Shown: positions 19,815-30,400 of the stretch, one piece after another
How the letters are laid out: every line of letters begins with the position of its first letter
How positions within the stretch are numbered: position 1 is the stretch's first letter
NCBI GenBank assembly: GCA_043817075.1
Contig: JBDRHG010000022.1
Coordinates: forward strand, 39,102 to 103,101
Direction: 5' to 3'
Length of the DNA: 64,000 nucleotides
Origin: an archaeon
Lineage (GTDB): Archaea; Nanobdellota; Nanobdellia; Woesearchaeales; JAADFO01
Notes under the pieces: generated by a model
Told to the model about the DNA's origin: nothing
Seen by the model: the letters and a program-made list of their open reading frames with translations, nothing else
Databases searched by the model: none
Position numbers and translations under genes: made by a program

Positions 19815-21344
19815 ATGGGAGACGATACGGCATTAGGGCTCACACCATACCACTATGGTCTCATCGCAGGCAATGCCCTGTTCGCGCCGAGCCAATTCGC
19901 TCTCGCGTGGATCGGTGTGACCGAACGCGAGGGGATCGCCAAGCATCTGGACGATATCGTCGACGACATTCTCGAGAAGGAAACCACGTCGACGTACAAG
20001 GACGAGACACCGGAACTCTATAGGCTCATTTCTCAGAAAGAAAAAGGCCGGTTCGGCATCGAAGACCTGGAAGAGATGGTCTTCAAAGAGTACAAGACCA
20101 AGAAGATGGTCAGGGATTCTGCCGCGAGAGAGCCCGGCAGGAAGGCAAAACAGACGAAACCGACCCATTACGCGACGATGTCGGACAAGACATTGGTCTC
20201 TATGAAGATCACCTCCCGCAAGAAAGGCCAAGTGGAACGGGACTACAATCCCACATTCCAGTTCCCATTCGTCCAGAAGGCCGAGGACCTGACGAAATTC
20301 GATTTCCACAGGACCGCCCAGCAGGCATACAAGAACCTCGCCAAAGGCCGGCTGTTCTTCGAGGGACACACCCAGGAGAAGATCTACCTGGATATGCTCA
20401 AGAAGACGGTCGATGAACTCCACGACGGAGACAATTTCGTCCTGCAGAAAAAAGATGTGGACAACGACCATTTCCGCAGCCTTAAAGTCGTCGACTACAC
20501 GGCCGCAGCGGGATTGACTAAGCTCTATCAGCTCGTCAAGAACGACCAACTCCACATGATAAAGACCAAAGGTGCGGCGAGCATCGACAAATCCCGAGAT
20601 AAGGTGGTCTGCCCCTTCGATTTCGACAAACGGCCTGATCTCGCCCTCGAGGCTTTCGTGCGTCGATACCATCGACCCGATAAGGATTCTTCGTCCGATG
20701 TCGACGAACATCGGGGCCGACTCATGAGCATCGACAATTTTTTCATCGGCAAGAGCGGATTCTATTCTCCGTTCTTCCAGGAATTGGTCCGGAAACATGA
20801 TGTCATGAAAGGCACCATGATGCTGCATCGTAACCTGCCAAACTATCTCAGGAACATCTATATGGCTCTCGACGAACACTATTACCTTCGCGAGGGCAAG
20901 CAGACACGTTTCCGTGGATTCGGCCTGGAATGGCCTGGCAAAAAGCACCAGGTGATGTCCGCAATCTACAGCCTCGACGAGAAACCGGCCGACAACTCCC
21001 TGAGCATCAGCGTCATCCTCTCGCCGAGGACCAAGATGCCGCTCATCCTCTACCGTGATTTCCATCCCAGTTACGATATTGGATGGGACCATGATCCTTT
21101 AGAAGGGGATCCACTCGAGATGATCAATCTCCCTTCGAATATGGGCTATCCGAAGGAGACTGATAGGAAACGCTGGGTGGAGAAGGATCCTCGGACAGGA
21201 TTAGATTGTGTCTGTACTCTTGTCGCACCGACGGCAGAGATTCTCAATCGGGCCAGCTATTTCTCGAAACTAGGACATCGCAAAGGAGTCGATGGCTCTT
21301 TCTTCGTCAAACAGTATCATCAGCACTATCCGAATAGGATATAG
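19815..21344 (+). CDS. Hypothetical cytoplasmic protein (509 aa)
   Basis: Long ORF with diverse, Lys-rich composition. The 419-aa antisense ORF has shadow-ORF composition. I recognised no domain. Confidence 0.7.
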   Translation: MGDDTALGLTPYHYGLIAGNALFAPSQFALAWIGVTEREGIAKHLDDIVDDILEKETTSTYKDETPELYRLISQKEKGRFGIEDLEEMVFKEYKTKKMVRDSAAREPGRKAKQTKPTHYATMSDKTLVSMKITSRKKGQVERDYNPTFQFPFVQKAEDLTKFDFHRTAQQAYKNLAKGRLFFEGHTQEKIYLDMLKKTVDELHDGDNFVLQKKDVDNDHFRSLKVVDYTAAAGLTKLYQLVKNDQLHMIKTKGAASIDKSRDKVVCPFDFDKRPDLALEAFVRRYHRPDKDSSSDVDEHRGRLMSIDNFFIGKSGFYSPFFQELVRKHDVMKGTMMLHRNLPNYLRNIYMALDEHYYLREGKQTRFRGFGLEWPGKKHQVMSAIYSLDEKPADNSLSISVILSPRTKMPLILYRDFHPSYDIGWDHDPLEGDPLEMINLPSNMGYPKETDRKRWVEKDPRTGLDCVCTLVAPTAEILNRASYFSKLGHRKGVDGSFFVKQYHQHYPNRI

Positions 21345-21402
21345 CGAACACAGCAAAGTCACCTCACCCATGTCGAGGTCCCTTAAGGGAGTATAAGTAA
21401 CC

Positions 21403-21410
21403 TTTATATA
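21403..21410 (+). promoter_or_regulatory. TATA box upstream of the ~3570-aa gene
   Basis: CCTTTATATATC lies about 55 nt upstream of ATG 21464, which has a GAGGGG Shine-Dalgarno-like sequence 7 nt upstream. Confidence 0.45.
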
Positions 21411-21463
21411 TCTAAACTTTCACTCATCCTTTACTATCATTTTAAAAAAAGAGGGGTGTGGGA

Positions 21464-24400
21464 ATGAGGCGTATTCTATTTGCAGTAGTATTGTTGCTAT
21501 GCATCAACATCGCCGCCGGCGAAGTATTGGTTCTGAGCCTGAACAAAGGCGAGTTCACGACCGGTGAGACTGCGGTGATATCAGGAGCTGTCCTAGACGA
21601 CAGTCTCAACGGCGTCAACGCGTCGAACGTATGGGTCTACCTGGACGGGACACTCGAGGCCAGCCTCGTCTCGGACTCCAGCGGCGACTACTCCTACTCG
21701 CTGACGAACCTGTCTGCGGGCGACCACAACCTCACGGCGAACACCACCTCCTCATCCCAACGCCTCACGTTCTCCGTTCTCTCCGCCGCCCTCACACCGT
21801 CCTACCAGATCATCGCCAGCTCCCTGACCGTTCCCTTCCGAGACCCCGCCCTCAACTTCACGGTCAAGAAGTTCCTCGGCACCATCCTCACCTCCGATTC
21901 CTACACCTATGACGTATTCTACGCCAACGGCACCGCCGCCAACACCAACCTCTCAGGCGTCTCCGGCACGGTCGAGACCCTCTCTCTCCCCGCCAAGGTC
22001 GGCCTATTCAGCGTCGTCGTCGACAGCAAGAAGAGCTTCACCGTGTCAGTGACCAAGTTCTCCCTGAAGTTCCGCATCACCGATAAAGCCGGCAATCCCA
22101 AGTACACATTCAAACCGAATGGAGTCGCCTACTTCGAAGTCGAAGGGTTCTCAAACGGCCAGAGGCTCACGAACGCCACGGTAAGTGCGGTCGTGACCGA
22201 TCCTACCACGAGCAAGAAGACCGTGACCTTCACAGAGAACAACGGCGTCTACACCGGCAACACCAATGTGACCAGCACGACGCCGATACAGCTCCAGAGC
22301 GGAGATTATGATGTCGAGTTCAAGATGCAGGACCTATCGAACAACGAGCAGATCATCAAGGGATTCTTCACTGTGCTCGGCCTCTCCGTCGACATGCAGC
22401 TGGTCGACAAACAACCTTATCGCGCAGGAGAGACCGCGGAGTTCGACGTCGTGGTAAAGTCCCTCGAGACCGGCAACCTCCTTTCCCATAACGAGACTTC
22501 GTATACCATCGAGATCGTCAAGGACGGCAATAACTACGACGCCTCTGCCGTCGTGTCGAGCGCCTCGACGGATGCCACCAAGACATCACGGCTTAGCCTC
22601 AGCATCCCATCCGACCTCGCCGACGGCCACTACTTCCTCAAGGCAAGGGCCGCCTCCAGCGGCAAGAAAGGGAAGGGATCGGAATTCTTCGAGGTCGCAA
22701 ATACCGAAGTGTTCGTGGAATTGACCGATAACTATGGTGATTTCCGAGACATCTTCAAGCCTGGCGAGCTGGCGAAGGCCACGGTCGAATCCAACGGGAA
22801 CATGACATTCGTGTCGCTTATAGTAGAGGACACCGCAGGCGTCCAGCAATCCGCGACGAACGACACACCAGGCGACACCACGTCCGCCATGACCTTCAAT
22901 GTGCCGACGACACAGGGCAATTACCGGCTTGCGGTCGTGGCGACCATGGAGAGCGGCGCGACCGTGACCCGGTACCGCTGGTTCAAGGTCCAGAATTATT
23001 TCTCTTTCCTCGATATCAAGAACCTGAACAACCAACCTCAGTTCACCTTCGGGCAAGGGGACTCATTCCTCGGAGATATCAATGTCTTCGACGTCACCAC
23101 GGGACAGGGCGTGGACATCTCCAGCTTCACGGTGAAGTTCGACAAGATCGTCAATGAGAACACCCAGGTGGAATACACCAGCATCCAGGCGGTCAAGAAC
23201 ACCTCGCTGAGCAGCGAGACCACCGGCTCGGCGACATATCTCATCACCCCACAGTCGCTTCCCTACGGAGTCTATCGCATCGATTATACGCTCATCAATA
23301 CGGTTGGTGAGACATTCGACGGCAACGGCTGGTTCGGCGTCTCGGCTTTCGACGTCAGTGTCGAGACCTATGACGAGAACGGACAGCAGAAGAAGGTGTT
23401 CCCCGCAGGCAAGACCATCAATGTCACGATAACACTCTCAGACCCATTGAACGGGACAGCGACGATCCACAGAGAGTTCTTCACACCCATCACCTTCGAT
23501 GTGGAGGAGGGGACGGGATCGGCCCTACTCACTGCCGCATCCGGAGAACTGCCCTCACAGTCAGGCTATTACCATTTCGGGGTCGAAGTCACCACTGACG
23601 ACGGCCAGACCGGCCTTGGCAACAGCTTCTTCGAGATCCGCAACCTCAACTTCAGGAGCATCAGTGTACGGAGCAACGGCCAGTTCGCTCCCACCGCGGA
23701 CATCGTCGCGGACGTGACCCTCGAGAAATCAGGCGACCTGGTCAACGACACCAATATCACAGTCATGCGTGTGTTCCGCGCTTGGGATATGCTTGAGGTC
23801 TCCACCTCATCATCAGCTAATCCGGTGTTGACCAATAACCTTGGACGCACCACGGTGACCATCGATCCTGCAAGCACACTGGAGCCTGGCGATTATTTCG
23901 CAGAGATCCGTGCGACAAAAGGGACAAACAATGTCTTCGCGGGATTCGGTTTCTCCGTCGTCGAGGACAAGGTCATCATCACCATCAACGATGATGACAG
24001 TATCTTCTCGTCCAACGACAATGTCGAGATCAACATCAAGGTCACCTACCAGAACGATACGCCGAAGAACAATGTCACGGTCAACCTCACCGGACTGCTC
24101 AACTTCGCGACCTGGGGTCAGGTGACGACAAGCAAACAGGCCGCCACATCATCCAATGGCGTCGCATCCATCACCATCTCGGCAGCGAACTTCAACGCGG
24201 GCAGATACGCCCCTGTCGTTGCCGTCGAAGGACTGCAGAACACCATCGTCGGTTTCGGCGACGGTGAGTTCGAGATCGTCCCCTTGACTGTTGCCGTGTC
24301 ATTCGCTGAGGATCCTACATTCTCCATCGCTGAGGACCTGACCATCTACGTCAATGTCACAGGAGAGGTCACGGTGACGACCGCAGTAGAAGACATCAAC

Positions 24401-27400
24401 GGCGTCACACAGACCGCGGACTCGTTCTACAGCAGCGGCATATTGACGGTCAACAACGAGCTGCCGCCAGGAGAATATTTCATCGACGTCACCATCACGC
24501 AGAGCTCGAACAGCAAGACGAGAAGGCTTTGGTTCGAGGTGCTTGCCCCCTGGGCGCATATCCCTCCACTCCCGAATCCTACCTATGACGAGAACGGCAC
24601 CATCAATTTCACCCATTCGGTCTTCACCCAAGGCGCCAACGGCTGGAATCCCTCGAGCGGGACCCTGGTCATAGAGACGGTCGAGAACCTCTGGACCGGG
24701 AACACCACGACGGTCAATACCACAATCGCGGCGACCGGTCAAGGGACCTCCCTCTTCGACATCAGCTCGTACAATCTCGGCAAGGGCGACTACTTCCTCA
24801 ATTTCGTCATGACCGAGAATCCGGGCTATGCGGAGTCTTTGTATTTCAGGGTCGAAAAGGACGTGTCCATCTTCGTCTCCCCCATCATCGCGGAGAACAA
24901 TGTGACCATCGTGGTCAATACGACCGGGTTGTCGAGCGGCACCGAACACTATCTCGAACGCTACACCAACTATGAGACAGGCACCGAGACCATCGTCGGC
25001 GGCGGCGTACAGGCGACGGGCACAGACGTGCAGTTCTCCATCGGCAATCTTGACAATGGTTTCTACTATGCCCAGCTCCGAGTCGTCGATGGATCGGATG
25101 AATACTATTGGGATGTCAATTTCGACGTCAGAGTCAGGGAGGTGACCATCGACGGGCCAAGCGACGCTTTCGTCAACAACAATGTCACCTTCAATATCAG
25201 CTCGGCGACCTCGTCGACATTCTGGATCATCGACCCCTTCACGCAGACCGTGCTCATCAGCCAACCCATCACCCCGGGCAACACCACAGTGAACCACACG
25301 TTTTCCTATCCTGGCTTCTTCATGTACAGCTACGGTGACGACAAATGGGATGCGTTCAAGAACCACCAGGGCCTGGAGATCATGAGCGTCGGGTACAGTG
25401 TGCAATGGCCCTTCGACGACAATAGGTATGTGCTGACCGGGACCAAGAATTTCACCTTCAACGTCACCGCAGGCCTGACTGATACACCATTGACCTTGAG
25501 GATCAAGAACCTGTTCACCGGGGATGTGACGACCAGGACGGACCTCACTACACATTCCGTGGCCAATAACATCAAGACCTTCTCGTTCGACATCGACGGC
25601 GACCTTGGACTGGTCAACGGGCCGCATGACGTCGAGCTCGTCCTCGAAGACGGCTCCTCGCAGTCGCCCAAGGCATTCTTCTTCATCGACATCTTCCCGG
25701 ACCAATATCAGATGTGGGCCTGGACAGAGCGATGGGAATACAATGTCGGCGAGAATATCACGCTACGCATCGAGGTCTACGACATCCTGCAGAACTGGCA
25801 GAAACAGACGCCCGACAACGTGGTGCTCGGCCGCCTTGAGGATCCCTTCGGCATGGATGTCAGCGCATCGATGGATTGGGCCGGCGGCGGGACCGCAAGC
25901 ATCCCCATCGGCGTGAGCTGGACGAGCGGCTACTATCATGGCGAACTCAATATCACCGAAAGCGGCACGACAAAGACCGTCCCCTTCGACCTGCAGGTCA
26001 GAGGAAACGACAATATCGAACTGTTCTGGAACCAGAACAAATGGGACTACTCATCGAATGAAGTGTTCTCGCTGCGCGTCGAGGCCCGGGACGGAGGAAG
26101 CCCGGTAGCAGGAGTCCCCGCCCAACTCATGGCCTTCCAGCAATGGCCGGAGGACTATGACAGCGAACCGCAGGATCAGATGGGCAATATCACCGGAGCT
26201 TTCAATTTCTCGACCGCCGATAACACCACAGACGCCAACGGCGTGATCACCTTCAATATCGACCTTGGGACTGCGACGCTGCCTACCGGCGGCTTCACCG
26301 GCCGTCTCAACATCGGAGGCCAGATCGTCTGGTTCGACTTCCAGCAGCGCTCCTACTTCGTCGATGCCTATCCCGAATCGTGGGAGTACGGCATCTCGGA
26401 CACCGTCCAGATCAATGTCCGTGCGAGAAATATCGACAACTGGAATCCGATCAGCGAAGACGGTAACGTGACCATCGAACGAGTTCAGCGCCATGAGCCG
26501 GGTTCCTGGCAACCGGTGGAGATCAGCCCGGCCGCCTTTGGCCTGCAGAACACCCAGTTCTCTGTCGTCGGCGGCGAAGCGCTCCTCGAGATGCAGGCGA
26601 ACAGCACCGCGCTCAACATCACCAAGCCCTATGAATTCGAGCTCAAGCTCTCCATGGATCTGGAGGGATCAGGATCGTCTGAAGGATGGGCCTGGTTCAG
26701 AATGAGCAATACTGACAAGCCCAATGTGACGCTCGTCGACAATACCGGGTCCGCCCCTGAGAGTTATTTCTCCGGCCAGACCTACACAGTCAAGGTGACC
26801 AATATCAACAGCGGCACGATCAGGAATATCTGGGGACCTTGCGGAGGATCAGTCAACACGGCGCTCGTCAATCTCAGTGACGTGTTCCAGGCGAATATCA
26901 CCGGACCCAATTGTCCGGGTTTCTACGATATCGAGATCGAGATCGCTCGCGGAGAGGGATTCACCGAGCATGTCTACAAGCAGTTCTCCATAGGCAGCGG
27001 CATGGAGATGAATTTCGAGTCTGACGGGCATGCGGTGCCCGAAGTCAATTTCTCAGTGATGGTCATGCTGTTCGGAGAAGGCGAGGATCCCTTCTGCCTA
27101 CCGGAGAACGGGTGCAACCCTTGGGGGACCTGGTTCGGACCTTTGGGCAACAAGACCGTGACGCTCATCGGCATGAAGGATCTGGCCAATTTCAGCTATA
27201 TCAACCTGACTGTCCAGGATCTGAGCAAGAAGACGAATGGATTCCCCTCATGGATGATTCCGACCAGTGGAGGTGGGGCCTCCTGTGACAGCGTCAGCAA
27301 CGAGACTGTCTGCAATCAGACGAACGACTGCATATGGGCTTTCAATCCTGGGCAGGGCTTCGACACATGTATGAGCACGCAGATGATGTGCTCCTCGTTC

Positions 27401-30400
27401 AACGGCGACGAATCCGGATGCACTAACGCTGGCTGTGATTATGACATCGGGATGAATGAATGCAACTCTGCTTCTGCGCCCGAGAGCTCAAGCGGTGGAG
27501 GCGGCGGAGAGTTCATGGATTTCGACGAGATGCCCGGCCACGCCACGTTCACCTTGAATCCGACCGTGCTCGGCATGGTCGCAGGCAATAAGTACGACCT
27601 CATCTTCGAATATATCGATGATGATAACGAGTCGAACACCGGCAAACAGCTCATCCAGGTAGAGCGATTCCATGCTGCCATCTCGAAACGTGAGCGCAAC
27701 CTAGGCGCCAATAGCGGACAGCAGGTATGGCTCCAGACCACCGACCTGTACGGCGTTCCTCTGCAAGGATGCGATATCATCTATTCTTCGATCTACGACG
27801 AGAAGAACTATCAACTCGTCAAGACCTTGTCCATCAACAACGAGACGGACGAGAATGGATCATTGTCATTCTCGTACACCACCCCGTCATTGCCGGGAAC
27901 ATACGTCGTGGACGGTACTGCCACCTGCAATATCTCTGGAGTCCTCATCACCCAGGAGTCCGGCTATTTCATCCAGGTCGGCGCAAAAAGCCTTGAGGTC
28001 GACATGAAGACCAAGATCAATGAAGAGGAGAAGATCAAGCTTTCCTTCACGACCAAAGATAGGCTTGGACAGCCCACTGACCAGCGGCTCGAGATATCGC
28101 TCTACCACGAGAGAGCGGATTATAGCCAACCTGTCTATTCCTTGGGCGGTTCCGACTGCACTTCGCTCGACGCCAACCAACAGTGGGAATATATGTCGAG
28201 CGGAGGGACATTCGCAGACAATAGACTCGAGATCACGACAGACGCTTCTGGCCAATACGAGTTGGAGCTCTGCCCCATGCCGAGAGGGACCTATAGCGTA
28301 CACGTGTTCCCGCTGTTCGAATTCGGTGAGGAAGGACCAGCCGGAGGCATAACTGAAGGGCCGAAGGAGGACGAGTCATCATTCGATGCGGCTTTCATCG
28401 TCAGCTCAGCCGACATCACGGTCACCTCTGACCTCATCTACATGGTCGGGGACAACGTGACCCTCAACATCACCGCATATGACGGTGACGGTCTGCCAAT
28501 AAGCGGCCAGATCGTGGCGATGAAATCCGCTCTGGGCATCCATGATGAATCGGCGATCATCCAACGCCTCAGCGACGGACAGACGGTCAACGTGACCAAC
28601 GGCACCGCACAGGTGAGCTATACCATCCCCAGCGTCGCCCAGGACAAGGACGGGGAGAATGTCACGGTGTCGCATGGAGCGGTCGACCTCAGATTTATCC
28701 TAAGAGATTCCGCAGGGAACCGCTTCCCCTATGAGAACATGCAATACGCCGTGCGACGGAGCGCGTTCTCGACGGTGACGGCCCCTACCAGCGTCAAGAC
28801 CAATAGGATGATACCGATACATGTGGAGACCGACAACCTGACCCGATTCAAGGTCCAGGACGGCGTCTATTTCCTCCAGGACAATACCGATAAGACGAAG
28901 GATTGGATCATCGAGAACGGCGTCTTCCTGCAGGATAACGGCGACGGTTCAAGCAGTGCTGATCTACAGATCCTCAGCCCGAGGGAGCCAGGGAGCTACT
29001 TCATCGGGATGCTCATCTTCGACATCGCAAAATCGGCCTTCAATCCCGACGACGCAGCAGAGCTGCTTGTGTTACCCATCGATGTCACCCTGGACCTGAT
29101 CAATGTGACAGGAAATGTGGTTGAATCGGACAATGTGACCCCTATCGATGGCGCGACCGTCCGCATCGGCAAGCTTGAGACGACGACTGCGGCCGACGGC
29201 ACATTCTCGATGGATATCCCCCAAGGGAAGAGCGCCATCGAGATCGAGAGGACGGTGCAGACAGGGAACAAGCAATTCATGAAGACATCTCAGCACACCT
29301 TCGACGCCAATGCAGAGATCAATGTGACGTTCTACGGCGTGATGCTGAACGGATCGTTGCAGCAGACACTGTTCAACATCTCGTCGCCCAGCGTAGACCT
29401 CTCGACCATGAGACTGCGCATCAATGTGTCCATCAACAATACCGGCGGAGTGGAACTGGACAATGTCTCCATAAGGGCGACCGCCATGAGCGGAGACGAA
29501 CTGAAGAACAAGACATTCACCGGATATGGCACGGGAAGCGTCTTCTTCCAGAATCTCTATGCGGGTTTCGAGATAGGCACCTACTCGCTGGCGATCAAGA
29601 TGTCAGAAACGAGCTGGGACGGCTCGTCGTATGTGCTCATCAACGGCCAGCCCACCAATTCGACGGTCGGTGCAATTCTCAAGAAAAGCTATGATGTCTG
29701 GACCTATGCGGTGGCCGGCGACAACCTGGATAATGACGGCGATTGCGCGCTCAATGCCACGATGGTTGCCGGATGCGTCCCGCATGAGTCCTGGGTGGCA
29801 GGCACATGCGTGGATGAAGAGGTCGACAACAACAAGGATGATGATTGCGACGGCAGGATAGACGAGGACCTCGAGGGCACGGGATATTTCGAATGGTGCG
29901 GCAACAGCTTCTGCTCGTCAGAAGAAGCATCGTCCGGCACCTGCTTCGAGGACTGCGCCCAAGGGTATTGCGGCGATTCCACCTGCCAGGCCGGAGAGGA
30001 GACATGGTGCGCGAGCGACTGCTCGGCGAATGTGACTACATGCAACACACCGAACCAATGCTTGACGGACGGATCGCCTAATTTCTGCAACATGTGGAAT
30101 ATCACCGAACCCGCCTCTTGGTGCGGTTCAAGCTGCGACGCGGACAATTGCTGGGCTTGTGGATATGATGAGTGCGCCTCCAAAGGATGCATGCTCGGAG
30201 AAGAAGGCAGCAATTGGTGGTGCTTCATGCAGGAGACCTGCGGCGATGACGCATGCTTCGCATGCAAGACCTCAGGAGAGTGCGGCGGAACCTCAGTGTG
30301 CGAGTGGGATATCGATTCCTACAGCCCCGACGGCGGCTGGTGCAACAGGCCATGGGACTGCAGCTCTGAGTGCGGAGCATGCAACAGCGAACCTGATTGC